Of a DNA stretch of 64,000 nucleotides, positions 11,067-25,784 are shown piece by piece. The notes under the pieces were generated by a model, which had not been told where the DNA came from, did no database searches, and worked only from the letters and a program-made list of their open reading frames with translations. The DNA comes from an uncultured delta proteobacterium (GTDB taxonomy: Bacteria > Desulfobacterota > Desulfobacteria > Desulfobacterales > Desulfosalsimonadaceae). The translations under genes and the position numbers were made by a program. How positions within the stretch are numbered: the first letter of the stretch is position 1; every line of letters begins with the position of its first letter. The stretch is taken from contig CAWGYD010000006.1 in NCBI GenBank assembly GCA_963826785.1, forward strand, positions 576,001 through 640,000, written 5' to 3'.

Positions 11067-13007
11067 TTGATAAATTTGAACGAAAACAATTCATTATTTA
11101 AAAATAACCGCAAAGTTTCATCCGCATACACCGCCGCCTCCGTCGAGGTTCTGGAGGGGCTGGACCCGGTGCGGCGGCGCCCCGGCATGTACACGGACAC
11201 CCAGCGGCCCAACCACCTGGTCCAGGAGGTGGTGGACAACAGCGTGGACGAGGCCATCGCCGGCTATGCCGACAAGATGGACGTGATCCTGTTTGAAGAC
11301 GGTTCCGTTCAGGTCTCCGACAACGGACGCGGCATGCCGGTGGACGAGCATCCCACGGAAAAGGTTTCCGGGGTGGAGGTCATCATGACCCGGCTCCATG
11401 CCGGGGCCAAGTTTTCCAACAAGGATTACCGGTTTTCGGGGGGGCTCCACGGGGTGGGGGTGTCGGTGGTCAACGCCCTTTCAAAGCGCCTGGAGATGGA
11501 GATCTGCCGGGACGGCCAGAAATTTGAGATCTCCTTTGCGGGGGGCGAAAAGGTGAGCGACCTGACGCCCACCGGCACTGTGGGGCAGCGCCGCACCGGC
11601 ACCACCATTCGGTTCTGGCCCGATCCCCAGTATTTTGACAGCATCTCCTTTGCCGTCTCCCGGCTCAAGCACAATCTGAGGGCCAAGGCGGTGCTCTGCC
11701 CGGGCCTGTCCGTGGGGTTCACCGACAAAAACACCGGGGAGACGGAAACCTGGCATTTCACCACCGGCCTGGGCGAATACCTGGCCGACCGGCTGGAAGG
11801 GGCGGAAATCGTCCCCCCGGCCCCCTTTACGGGAGAATTCGAGGGGCCGGAAGAATACGTGTCCTGGGCCGCCGTATGGCTGGCGGACGGCGGGGAAACC
11901 GTGGATGAAAGCTACGTCAACCTGATTCCCACCATCCAGGGGGGCACCCACGTCAACGGATTCCGGCAGGGGCTGCTCACCGCCCTGAGGGATTTCTGCG
12001 ACCTGCGCCGGCTGCTCCCCCGGGGCATCAAGCTGGCCCCCGATGACGTATGGGAAAAATGCGCCTACGTGCTTTCCGTGAAAATGACCGATCCCCGCTT
12101 TTCCGGCCAGACCAAGGAGCGCCTGGCCTCGCGCCAGTCCGCCGCCTTTGTTTCAACCGCGGTCAAGGACGCCTTTTCCATCTGGCTGAACCACCACCCG
12201 GACATCGGGGAAAAGATCGCGGAGATCGCCATTGATTCGGCCCGCCTGCGGATCCGGGCGGGCAAGAAGGTGGTCCGCAAGAAGAGTGTCAGCGGGCCCA
12301 CCCTTCCGGGAAAGCTGGCCGACTGCGTCAGCCAGGAATTCGAAGAATGCGAACTGTTCCTGGTGGAAGGCGATTCCGCCGGCGGATCGGCCAAGCAGGC
12401 GAGAAACCGCAACACCCAGGCCATCCTTCCCCTGCGGGGAAAGATTTTAAACACCTGGGATCTCGAGTCCGATTCCATCCTGTCTTCAAACGAGGTTCAC
12501 GACATCGCCGTGGCCATGGGGGTGGATCCGGGGTCTTCGGAGATCAACGGGCTGCGCTACGGAAAAACCATCATCATGACCGATGCCGATTCCGACGGCC
12601 TGCATATCGGAACGCTGCTGTGCGCGCTGTTTCTGAAGCATTTCAAACCCCTGGTGGCCGCCGGACGGATTTTTGCGGCCCTGCCGCCGCTATACCGCAT
12701 CGATATCGGCAAACAGGTCTTCTATGCCTTGGACGAGTCCGAAAAAGAGGCGGTTTTGAAGAAAGCCGAGGCCAAAAAACAGAAAGCCGCGGTTCAGCGG
12801 TTCAAAGGCCTGGGGGAGATGAACCCGGTGCAGCTGCGCGAAACCACCATGGACCCGGACACCCGCCGCCTGGTGCGGCTGACCATTGACGACGAAAACA
12901 CGGAATTTATTTATTCCCTCATGGACATGATGCTGGGCAAGAAGCATGTGGCCGGTCGGAAGCGCTGGCTGGAGGAGAAGGGAAACCTGGTGGAACTTAC
13001 CGATTAG
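11067..13007 (+). CDS. parE: DNA topoisomerase IV subunit B
   Basis: EVLEGLDPVRRRPGMYTDT, GHKL motifs, EGDSAGGSAKQA, PLRGKILN, DADSDG; short form lacking the GyrB insertion; start codon uncertain. Confidence 0.95.
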   Translation: MINLNENNSLFKNNRKVSSAYTAASVEVLEGLDPVRRRPGMYTDTQRPNHLVQEVVDNSVDEAIAGYADKMDVILFEDGSVQVSDNGRGMPVDEHPTEKVSGVEVIMTRLHAGAKFSNKDYRFSGGLHGVGVSVVNALSKRLEMEICRDGQKFEISFAGGEKVSDLTPTGTVGQRRTGTTIRFWPDPQYFDSISFAVSRLKHNLRAKAVLCPGLSVGFTDKNTGETETWHFTTGLGEYLADRLEGAEIVPPAPFTGEFEGPEEYVSWAAVWLADGGETVDESYVNLIPTIQGGTHVNGFRQGLLTALRDFCDLRRLLPRGIKLAPDDVWEKCAYVLSVKMTDPRFSGQTKERLASRQSAAFVSTAVKDAFSIWLNHHPDIGEKIAEIAIDSARLRIRAGKKVVRKKSVSGPTLPGKLADCVSQEFEECELFLVEGDSAGGSAKQARNRNTQAILPLRGKILNTWDLESDSILSSNEVHDIAVAMGVDPGSSEINGLRYGKTIIMTDADSDGLHIGTLLCALFLKHFKPLVAAGRIFAALPPLYRIDIGKQVFYALDESEKEAVLKKAEAKKQKAAVQRFKGLGEMNPVQLRETTMDPDTRRLVRLTIDDENTEFIYSLMDMMLGKKHVAGRKRWLEEKGNLVELTD

Positions 13008-13015
13008 TTCTTTTA

Positions 13016-13036
13016 TCCACCATTCCATTATTCCAG
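13016..13036. repeat. Half copy of a TGGAAT-rich interspersed repeat
   Basis: TCCACCATTCCATTATTCCAG matches the reverse complement of 28207-28226 with one indel. Confidence 0.55.
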
Positions 13037-13100
13037 TATGCTTACTTTTTGTCGGCAATAACAAATAATCTCAACAATTCATCATCAAGAATGCTGCTTT

Positions 13101-15413
<2,313 letters not shown>

Positions 15414-15474
15414 AGATCTGATGGGTGTTAAAATTCACAGTGGGTTAGAAACACAGAAAAATGCGCTTTTTTGA

Positions 15475-16916
<1,442 letters not shown>

Positions 16917-16920
<4 letters not shown>

Positions 16921-19487
16921 CCTATACCGTTTTCCTGCCGCCGGGCAGGCAATTGAATATTAAATTCCGTGTATTCTCCGATTTCCGTTTCCACGGTCAG
17001 TTCGCCCCCGTGATCCTTGATGATGCCGTAGCTCACGGACAGGCCCAGGCCGGTTCCCTCTCCAGTCTGCTTGGTGCTGAAGAAGGGATCGAATATTTTG
17101 CCGATGATCTCCGGCGCAATTCCCGATCCGTTGTCCCGGATGGCGATCTCGATGACAGACCGGTTTTTGTCGAAGCGGGTGCACACCCGCACCTGCCCGG
17201 GAGGCTCAACAATGGCCTGGTTGGCATTCATGAGCAGGTTTAAGAAAACCTGTTTCATTTTATCCACATCCATGGAGAGGACCGGCAGGTTTTGGTCGAG
17301 CTCGGTTTCGATCTCCGTTCCGCTCTTCTGGAATTGATGCCTTAGCATCTCGATGACTTCGGACAGGGCCGTGTTGATGTTGGCGGGCTGGGACCGGGTT
17401 TTCCGGCGCCTGGAAAAATTGAGCAGATCGGAAACGATGCGCCGGCAGTTTCCGGCCTGCTTTTCCACGATTTCAATGTCCTGAACGGCCTGTTCGTCGC
17501 CTTTGATCTGCCGTTTGAGCAGGTCCGTGTAACACAGGATGATGCCCATGGGATTGTTGATTTCATGGGCAACGCCCGCGGCCAGCTGACCCAGGGCAGC
17601 CATTTTTTCCGTCTGCTGGATGCGGTTCTCCACCTGTTTTTCCAGGGTGATGTCCCTTGCGTAGCGCAGGATTCCCCATATTTTATCGGCTTCATCGAGT
17701 ATGGGATAATAATAGACCATGAATATTTCGCCGGAAGCGGTGGTGATTTCTTCCTTGGCCGGTTGATGCGTGGACATGGCCTGGGAAAGCTGCCTTCCGG
17801 CCAGGGGCCATTCGCAGCCGTTTTCCAGTGGCCGGCATTTCTGGTTCAGCGCCTCCTCCAGGGTGATTGAGTGCCGTTTCAGATAGGCGCGGTTGGCCAT
17901 GCGGATGTCGAGATCGGGGCTCAGCAGGACCATCATGTCCGGTATGCCGTCAAACACGCTCTGGAGAAGCTCCTTGCTCTGCAGAAGCGCGGCAAAGTTG
18001 TTCAAGCTGTCAATGGTGATGCCGATCTGCTGGCCGATGGACATGAGCAGGGACTGCATTTCCGAAGACCGGTCTTTCAGGTCGATGCCCACGAAGGTCA
18101 TCACCCCCAGCACCCGTTCCCGGCAGACCAGGGGCACATTGAGACAGGTCTGGTTCTGCATGCAGGCAAAGTGGCTCATTTCCCCGTGTGCCGCCGTCCA
18201 GATGGATTCCTTCAAAGTGGAGGGCACCTGCCCGGATGCGGGCCTGTCCCCGGCTTTTATGGTGGGTGAAAGCTTATCGGCATTGCGCTGGTATTCCATG
18301 GCCAGGGCCGGGTTGTTCTTATCGCCGGAAAAGAGGTAGATGGCGGCCCCCCTGGCCGGAATGAGCGACAGGGTCTGCTCCAGCACCCCCGGAAAGATGT
18401 CCGTCAGGCGAAAGGAGCGTGTGGTGAGTTCGGCAATGCGGTTCAAGGTCAGCAGTTCCAGATCCCGGGCAGCCACTTTTTCTTTCAGCCGGGCGCGTGA
18501 AGATTCCAGGTCCCGGGTCCGATTATTGACGCGGACCTCCAGGTCCTCGGCATATCGGACCAGGTCCCGGCGGGCTTTTTGAAGATGGGCGGTCAGTTCC
18601 CGGGCGGCTTCGGACAGTTCGTGAATTTCATTCTTGCTGGAGGCTTCGGTTAAAAGCGCGATCTCCCGGTCATCCATCAACCCCCGCCGGAATATCCCCA
18701 GAAGGTCACGCAGGCTGTGAACCACCATGCGGTTGAACAAAAAACTGATGAGAACGTACATGAATATCAACATGACCAGCGTGGCACAGAAGACGGAAAA
18801 AGCCTTGCCTCGAATTTTGGCCAGCGCATCCTGGACGGGAATGCTCACCACGGTGATCCCGGCCAGCTGGTTTTCCCGGTAGCCGAACCCGCGTTTATCG
18901 CCGTACATCCTGATCAGCGACGGGGGCGCATCTTCGGGCCTTCCGTGGCAGTTCAGACACGAAGCGGTCATGAACACCGGCTGGGCATCCAGAAATCCAC
19001 TCGTGCCGCCGATCTCCCGTATGCCCTGCCAGTGCTTTTCCAGGGGATGTTTTTGGAAATATTCGATCATCTCCCGTTCCACGGGCGTGGGCGCCGATAC
19101 CGGGTTGCGGGCTTTTAAGGCCACCCTGCGGTACCGGTACATGGGCATGGATTCGTGAAATTTGTCCATTACCGCCCGGGATACGAAAGAGGTGGACATG
19201 GCTTCCATGATAAACGCATCCCGGCCGACCACTTCATACATCTTCGGACGCAGAATGCCCTGCACATAGGCCTGGGTGGATTCCACCGCCGCCAGAACGA
19301 TACGGGATTTGTTTAAGGCCTCCTGCTCGATGTGGTTTTTTTCGTGTGCATAGATCAGCCAGGCGGTCAGTCCGCAGAACAGCAGAAAAATCGTTCCCAG
19401 GGCGATCTGGAACTGGACCTGCAGTCCGCTACGTCGCCGTCCGCCGCGCTTCGGGTGATGCCCGTCGGCATCCGCTTGTTCATTCAT
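16917..19487 (-). CDS. Sensor histidine kinase with periplasmic heme-c (DUF3365-like) domain plus GAF and PAS
   Basis: Two TM helices flanking a domain with SCLNCHG; AHEINNP H-box; GTGLGL G2 box. Start moved to ATG 19487 because the ORF-track 5' extension overlaps the regulatory region. Confidence 0.88.
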
Positions 19488-19738
19488 GCAAATAAATCCG
19501 ATCTGAATTCCATTTTCACATTCATGCGCTGCCTGCGCCGCCGTCTCCCCTTTTGTTGTCCGGATATCATCTTGAATGCGAAATGGAATAAGAATATAGG
19601 CCAGTGCGATTAAAACCAGGTTCCTTAGCAAAAGATGTACCACATGAACAGAATAAATGATCAGGAGTGCCGGATAAAAGCCCGGCACGCGCAGGAAATC
19701 GAATTGATTTTGTTTTATCGAGGCGCCCTCTGGTGAAG

Positions 19739-19764
19739 ACAATGCCTCCATGAGGAGGCATTGT
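19739..19764. promoter_or_regulatory. Candidate enhancer (UAS) palindrome
   Basis: ACAATGCCTCC-ATGA-GGAGGCATTGT perfect 11-bp inverted repeat about 105 bp upstream of a sigma54 promoter. Confidence 0.6.
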
Positions 19765-19868
19765 TCCCTGTCTTTTTCATCCCCGCCTGTGCGTCGAAAC
19801 GGCTTTGCAAGATTGTTTTTAGGTTTAATATAAGCAGGTTGTAAAAAGAATCAATGGCCGGGGGAATC

Positions 19869-19884
19869 TGGCATGCCATTTGCT
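19869..19884 (+). promoter_or_regulatory. Sigma54 -24/-12 promoter of the yeiH operon
   Basis: TGGCAT-GCCAT-TTGCT, canonical spacing. Confidence 0.8.
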
Positions 19885-19988
19885 ATCCCTTGCTGATCTG
19901 TAACCAGAATGCAACGGACATGTCAATCCGCATGCCCGGCTTTATTGACACAACAGATGTTAAAAAATTTGTACATCAGGAGGATCAG

Positions 19989-21419
19989 ATGACATTGAAA
20001 AAGAGAACAAGTGACACGGATTATTGCGAAACCGTGCAGTGCGCCGAGGAAGCGCCGGCAACACCGTCCCGCATGGGATGGAAGGAGCTGTACCTCAAGG
20101 AGGACTGGTGGGCCATCTGGCTGGGAATGGGGATTGTCCTTGCCGCCTATCTGTTTTTCGCGGGCGGTTCCAGCATGAAGTGGATCGCCATCTCCCCGGC
20201 AAAATGGTCCACCCTGGGGGAACTGGGCGGTCATTTCGCCACCCATATCACACAATACATCGCCCAGTTTATCCTGTGGGGGGTGATTTTTACGGTCAGC
20301 CTGAAGACACTGGGATTCAAACTCTCCGAGTTTCTGCCCTCCTTTGTCTTCATCTACTTGTTTTCGGTGCTCATTTTTTCCATCGGCGCCTGGGACCAGG
20401 CCCATCATTACAACCTGGAGCCGCCGCTGGTGGCGCTGGCCCTGGGCATGCTCATCTCGAACCTGATCGGGCTGCCCAAGTGGATGGACGCCGGTTTCCG
20501 GGTCGAATATTACGTCAAGACCGGTATCGTGCTGCTGGGCGCGACGCTACCCTTCACCCTGGTCATGTGGGCCGGGCCCATCGCCATTTTTCAGGCCTCC
20601 ATCGTTTCCATCTCCACCTTCATGGTGATCTTCTTTATCGGAAAGAAACTCGGTCTGGACAGGCGGCTGTGCGCGGTGCTGGGCGCCGGCGGGGCGGTCT
20701 GCGGGGTCTCGGGATCGATTGCCATCGCCGGTGCGGTGGGCGCGAAAAAAGAGCATGCCCCCATCGCCATCACCATGGTGATTCTGTGGGCCATCGTCAT
20801 GATTTTCTTTTTGCCGCTCGTTTCGCGTGTCCTTCACCTGCACACCGGGGTCGTGGGGGCGTGGGTCGGTACGTCCGAATTCGCCGATGCCGCCGGTTTT
20901 GCAGCCGCCCAGGCCTATGGAAACCTGGCCGGCAAGGTCCCGGGCATCCATGGAACGCCCGATTCCGCCGTATGGGCATTCACCCTGATGAAGGTGGTGG
21001 GGCGCGACATCTGGATCGGCATCTGGGCCTTTGTCCTGGCCATCATCGCCACCACCAAATGGGAAACCAAGGCGGGATCGAAGCCGCAGGCCGCGGAAAT
21101 CTGGTGGCGCTTTCCCAAATTCGTGATCGGGTTCGCCCTGGCCTCCATCTTCATCACTGCGGTGGCCAGCCAGTATTCCTTCAGCGATTACAACGACATC
21201 ATCAAGCCCATGCTGGTGGCCCCCATCAAGACCCTGCGGACCTGGGCCTTTATCTTCTGCTTCTTCAGCATCGGCCTGACCACGCGGTTCCGCGAACTCG
21301 CCAGCACGGGCTCCAAGCCCTTCCTGGCATTCACCGGCGGGGTGGTCGTCAACGTGGTCATCGGGTTTATCCTGTCGGCCATCGTATTCAGCACCTACTG
21401 GATCAATCTGGCGCGATAA
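19989..21419 (+). CDS. YeiH / putative sulfate exporter family membrane transporter
   Basis: KEDWWAIWLG, YVKTGIVLLGA, GAGGAVCGVSGSIA, GAWVGTSEFADAAG, WWRFPKFVIGF; AGGAGG RBS before ATG 19989. Confidence 0.88.
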   Translation: MTLKKRTSDTDYCETVQCAEEAPATPSRMGWKELYLKEDWWAIWLGMGIVLAAYLFFAGGSSMKWIAISPAKWSTLGELGGHFATHITQYIAQFILWGVIFTVSLKTLGFKLSEFLPSFVFIYLFSVLIFSIGAWDQAHHYNLEPPLVALALGMLISNLIGLPKWMDAGFRVEYYVKTGIVLLGATLPFTLVMWAGPIAIFQASIVSISTFMVIFFIGKKLGLDRRLCAVLGAGGAVCGVSGSIAIAGAVGAKKEHAPIAITMVILWAIVMIFFLPLVSRVLHLHTGVVGAWVGTSEFADAAGFAAAQAYGNLAGKVPGIHGTPDSAVWAFTLMKVVGRDIWIGIWAFVLAIIATTKWETKAGSKPQAAEIWWRFPKFVIGFALASIFITAVASQYSFSDYNDIIKPMLVAPIKTLRTWAFIFCFFSIGLTTRFRELASTGSKPFLAFTGGVVVNVVIGFILSAIVFSTYWINLAR

Positions 21420-21540
21420 GCGCTTTTGTCTCCCCCGCACCACCGCGCGGGGGAAAGGGGTTGTTCAATTTTTTACTGATCCGGGCGCGTGCGGCCAAGT
21501 TTCGCCGGCCGCAGCCCGGAATTTTTCCGAAGGAGAACAT

Positions 21541-21768
21541 ATGGGCCGCAAGGCAAGCGATCAAAGTTGCTTACACTGCAAGCATTTCCGGAATTCCCCG
21601 AAGTTCCTGGAGTCGGTTTTCAAAGGGCTGACCGCCCTGAGTTCCGCCTATGGGTCCGTCCGGTGCCAGGACGGGATTTGCCTGCTCAATGACCTGTACC
21701 TAGCCGCAAACCGATGCTGCGATCAGTTTGAGTCGGGTTCACCGGCAGCCGGGAGGCTGAACGAATAA
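21541..21768 (+). CDS. Small Cys-rich hypothetical protein
   Basis: AAGGAG RBS; CLHCKHF...GIC...CCDQF; no signal peptide. Confidence 0.7.
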   Translation: MGRKASDQSCLHCKHFRNSPKFLESVFKGLTALSSAYGSVRCQDGICLLNDLYLAANRCCDQFESGSPAAGRLNE

Positions 21769-21931
21769 CCGGAACGGGTGCGAACAGGTGCTTCATTCAG
21801 GAGGCACTGCCACCTTGTGGATACATGATGTGCAGCGATACCACACTCCGGTCCGCAGGAGATTAACCAGTATCATTTTGGGTGGAAGACACACCCTGTC
21901 GATAATTTAAATCCAATGTAAGGAGGATCAG

Positions 21932-22795
21932 ATGAGTTATCCGGAAGAACCCAAAGGGAAGTTGATCCTTCCCAGGCGCTCATTTTTCAGAAGTGCCGGC
22001 ACGTTCATGGCCGGCGCGGCCATGACGGCCGCGGGCTGCTCCGCTTTGATGACGAAAAAGCAGGACAAAGACGCCCAGGCGGCTGCAGCCACCTGGCCCC
22101 TGCCGTACAAAACACTCGATGTGGAAGATGTTCGCGGCCGGGCACATGCCGGCTATTACAAAGGCAAGTGAGGCTACGGAGCCTTTAGCGCGCTGGTCAG
22201 CGCGCTTGCAGAAGAAGTCGGTCATCCATACAACGTCATTCCTTATGAAACCATGTCATTTCTCACCGGAGGCGGTTTCGGGTGGACCGGGACCTGCGGA
22301 TCGATCATTGCGTCGAGCGCTGTGGTCAATATGGTGACCCCGATGGATGATGCCAAGAAGATCATCGGTGAAATTTACGCCTGGTATGAACAAACACCGT
22401 TTCCGTCCGACATGGCCAACCAGTTGGCGCACAACAGGCAGTTTCAGGTGAAAAAATACAAGTCATCCGATATTCTGGTCCAGACAGTCGCGAATTCTCC
22501 CCTGTGCCATATATCCGTAACCCGGTGGTGCAAGGCATCCGGGTATGCTTCCAAATCCCCGCAACGATCTGAACGGTGTGCCCGTCTGACCTCGGATGTG
22601 GTCGCCTTCACCGCAACCAAGCTCAACAGCTATTTCGCCCAAACCTATAAGAGTGAATACGCCATGTCCGCCTCGGCCCAGGAATGCACCCAATGCCATG
22701 AATCCGGCAAGCCGTTTGAAACCGGCGGCTGGACCCGCGGCAAGATGCAGTGCGATACCTGCCATGATGTGGAACCGGATCATTTTGTGAAATAA
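21932..22795 (+). CDS. Tat-exported split-Soret-cytochrome-like (C_GCAxxG_C_C) diheme protein with in-frame UGA (selenocysteine), 287 aa
   Basis: ORFs 21932-22171 and 22253-22795 share a frame; readthrough gives YYKGK-U-GYGAFSAL. RRSFF Tat motif, GTCG, SPLCH, ERCARL, CTQCH and CDTCH. Confidence 0.88.
22187..22206 (+). promoter_or_regulatory. Bacterial SECIS-like hairpin
   Basis: AGCGCGCT-GGTC-AGCGCGCT, stem starting 16 nt after the UGA, apical loop starts with G. Confidence 0.75.
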
Positions 22796-22807
22796 AGAAT
22801 CAGTTGA

Positions 22808-22848
22808 ACCGGCGGTGGAACCCGGAAACGAAAACCGCCGCCGGTTTT
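22808..22848 (+). terminator. Hairpin after the cytochrome gene
   Basis: AACCGGCGGTGG...CCGCCGCCGGTTTT. Confidence 0.5.
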
Positions 22849-22890
22849 CGATAATTTTTGCCATTCAAAACTGTTTCAGAAAGGAGAATT

Positions 22891-24162
22891 ATGAAAACAT
22901 TCACGAAAATACCGGCGGTGCTCTGTCTGGCGCTGTCGGCGGTATTCCTAACCGCCTGGCTGATGCCGGCACCGGCTGATGCGGCTTATGTCATCGAACA
23001 GAAACTGGGCAACTATGATGCCAAGGTCAAACTGTACGGCTTTTCCCAACTGGAAGGCCGATTCGGAGAGGGCTTTTCCATCCGTTCGGATAAAAGCGAT
23101 GACGGACTTCGGTTCACCGCCCAGCGGATCCGGCTGGGCACCAACTACTATTACGGCAACATGTTCGGCAAACTGTTTCTCGATTTCAATCAGCCCCATG
23201 ACAAGAAGGGCGGCGGCCTGCCGGAAATGATCAAGGATGCCTTCATCGGCTACCGGTTCAACAACGCGGCATTTGTCCGCCTGGGCATGATCAAGACGCC
23301 GGTGGGCATGATGTTCACCACCCCGGGCTGGAACCTGGATATCGTGGAGCGCAACAAGCTGGACAAGGGCCTGGTCCTGGAGCGGGACATGGGTGTACTG
23401 CTTTCAGGCCGTTATATCGGATTCGGCGGCGAGAATGAAAAGACCGACGGCACTGAAATGGGTCACGAGCATGTGGGATATGGTTTCGGCTACGACATCG
23501 GTGTCTTCAACCCGGCGGGCCGGAGTGCGGCGGTGAAGCGTCAGGAGGAATTAAAAACAAGCAAAACCACCTACAGCATCGAAGACGGTGAAATCATATC
23601 GACCACGGAGAAAATCGACAACACCGTCACCGGTGATGCGCTGGCCTATGCCGCCCGCATCCACTTCGATTATGGCGAACCGCTGCATTTCGAAGCGGGC
23701 TACGGGGTCAGCGAGGAAGCTGGCGGCCGGGGCACCGAAGATTACAGTGTTTTCTCCACCGGCATCGATTCTTTGATCACGCCCCAGTGGAATGTCAAAC
23801 TGGACTATACCCGGGGATGGAATATTCTCGGCGTTAAAGATGATGACCAGACCACGGTGACCGCCATGGTGGGATACATGATCAATCCCAAATTCGAGGT
23901 GGTGGCCAAGCATTATCAGTCCCATGCCGACCCGGCTGCCGGAGAGAAAAGCGATCTGGGGAACACTTATGTCGGCCTCAATTTCTTCCTGACCGACCTG
24001 GGCAAGCCCATGGCTGATTTCAGCCGCGGCGACCGGCGCAAACTGCAGAACAACCGCATCCAGGTGAACTATATTTTTGCCAGCGGCGATACGGATGACT
24101 GGACCGGGCATTGGGGATACACCGATGACGCCGTTGCGGTTCAGTGGCAGTACAAGTTCTGA
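22891..24162 (+). CDS. Outer-membrane porin (OprO/OprP-like)
   Basis: AAGGAG RBS, signal peptide, amphipathic strands, RIRLG, IKDAFIGY, GMIKTP, RDMGV; terminal WQYKF. Confidence 0.8.
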   Translation: MKTFTKIPAVLCLALSAVFLTAWLMPAPADAAYVIEQKLGNYDAKVKLYGFSQLEGRFGEGFSIRSDKSDDGLRFTAQRIRLGTNYYYGNMFGKLFLDFNQPHDKKGGGLPEMIKDAFIGYRFNNAAFVRLGMIKTPVGMMFTTPGWNLDIVERNKLDKGLVLERDMGVLLSGRYIGFGGENEKTDGTEMGHEHVGYGFGYDIGVFNPAGRSAAVKRQEELKTSKTTYSIEDGEIISTTEKIDNTVTGDALAYAARIHFDYGEPLHFEAGYGVSEEAGGRGTEDYSVFSTGIDSLITPQWNVKLDYTRGWNILGVKDDDQTTVTAMVGYMINPKFEVVAKHYQSHADPAAGEKSDLGNTYVGLNFFLTDLGKPMADFSRGDRRKLQNNRIQVNYIFASGDTDDWTGHWGYTDDAVAVQWQYKF

Positions 24163-24236
24163 TTTCGACCGGGAAAATATTGCTGGACTGAAAACATGAT
24201 CCTGTGACTGCGGATCCGGTCGGTCCGTCACCATAG

Positions 24237-24283
24237 GAAATCCCCTTCGTCCCATTTATGAAAGATGGGCTGAAGGGGATTTC
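24237..24283. terminator. Hairpin terminator between convergent genes
   Basis: GAAATCCCCTTC...GAAGGGGATTTC followed by TGTTTT. Confidence 0.7.
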
Positions 24284-24304
24284 TGTTTTACGGCGGGGCG
24301 CTGG

Positions 24305-25420
24305 TCAGATCCGGCAGCCATCCGGCCGCGGGGCGCCGGTGCGGGTCATGGCGATCTGCCACAGCTGGATGAAACGTGCGCGGAACAGGCCCGCGCAGGA
24401 CAGCAGGTAAAAGCGCCACATCCGGTAAAACCGGGAGCCGTATTTTTTTTCCAGCAGGGGCCAGTTCTGATTGAAATTGATAAACCAGGCCATCAGGGTT
24501 CGGTCGTAATCTGTTCCCAGATTGTGCCAGTCCTCCATGACGAACCGGCCTTCCATGGCTTTTCCCAACTGGGCGATGGAGGGAAGCATGCTGTTGGGAA
24601 AGATGTAGCGGGAAATCCAGGGGTCGGTAAACCGGTTGCTTTTATTGCCGCCGATGGTCTGGATGAAGGCGATGCCGCCGTCGGAGAGGTTCTGCGCGGT
24701 TGTATCCATGTAGCATTCGTAATTTTTATATCCCACGTGCTCGATCATGCCGATGGAGACTACCCGGTCGAACTGCTGCCCCACTTTGCGGTAATCCTGC
24801 AGACGGATTTCCACCGGCAGCCCCCTGCAGATCTCGCGTGCCAGCGCCGCCTGGTTTTTGGATATGGTCACGCCGGTGACCCGGGCGCCGTATCTTTCGG
24901 CGGCAAATTTTGCAAACCCTCCCCAGCCGCAGCCGATGTCGAGCACACGCATTCCCTCTTTCAGGCCGATCTTGCGGCAAATCAGGTCCAGCTTGGCTTC
25001 CTGGGCAGCATCCAGGTCGGATGCTTTTTTCCAGTAAGCGCAGGAGTATACCATCCGCCGGTCGAGCATGGCCGCATAGAGGTCGTTTCCCGCATCATAA
25101 TGCTGCTTTCCCACTTTTAAGGCCCGCATGGGATTCTGCAGGTTCATCAGCCGGGCCTTTATCCCTGCCGCAATCAGGCTCAGGTGGGATCTGATTTTCT
25201 CGTCCAGTCGGGTCCGGTATACCCTGTCGATGAACTGGTCCAGGGCCGGGCATCCCCACCACCCGTCCATGTAGGATTCTCCGACAGCCAGGGATCCACC
25301 CGACAGGATGCGGTCGTAGAACCCGTCATGGTTCACCTTGATATCAAATGGCTTGCTGCCGTTGATGGTGATCCCGGCGGTGCCGAGAAGCTCCTCTATC
25401 AGCTGAATATGAGTTTTCAT
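24305..25420 (-). CDS. cfa: Cyclopropane fatty-acyl phospholipid synthase
   Basis: GESYMDGWW, HYDAGNDLY, YSCAYW, LDIGCGWGG, SIGMIEHVG, YIFP. Confidence 0.93.
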   Translation of the reverse strand: MKTHIQLIEELLGTAGITINGSKPFDIKVNHDGFYDRILSGGSLAVGESYMDGWWGCPALDQFIDRVYRTRLDEKIRSHLSLIAAGIKARLMNLQNPMRALKVGKQHYDAGNDLYAAMLDRRMVYSCAYWKKASDLDAAQEAKLDLICRKIGLKEGMRVLDIGCGWGGFAKFAAERYGARVTGVTISKNQAALAREICRGLPVEIRLQDYRKVGQQFDRVVSIGMIEHVGYKNYECYMDTTAQNLSDGGIAFIQTIGGNKSNRFTDPWISRYIFPNSMLPSIAQLGKAMEGRFVMEDWHNLGTDYDRTLMAWFINFNQNWPLLEKKYGSRFYRMWRFYLLSCAGLFRARFIQLWQIAMTRTGAPRPDGCRI

Positions 25421-25784
25421 GGCGCCTGGTATCCTGAATTTGAGATCATGTGAAACAACAGAAGATCTGCAGATAGAAATTTATCTTTCGTCATTTGGAA
25501 AATAAATGGGGTCTGCCATGTATTGTTTCTCCTAAACCCCGGTACGACGGCGGCCGATTCACCATCCTTTTACTAAAAATAAACTTGTAAAAACGGTTCC
25601 TTTCCGGTACTTCCAGAGTATCTGCTGCTGATATTTGAAGCTGAACGGAAACTCGCATCGTTTGGCCCATAGCTTCTTTTCAGGGTATGAACCATATTGC
25701 AGCTGCAATGCGCCTGCAGCGGAATCTGCATTTTCAGCGCAGATACGACTGACCATCAATTCTTGCGGAAAGATCCAACCTTCC

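Noticed and set aside
19488..19988. ORF-track N-terminal extensions of the kinase and of yeiH
   Set aside because: They run through an AT-rich promoter/UAS region, and better starts exist at 19487 and 19989
21932..22171. Separate 79-aa gene or a nonsense pseudogene
   Set aside because: In-frame continuation, SECIS-like hairpin and domain continuity favour Sec readthrough
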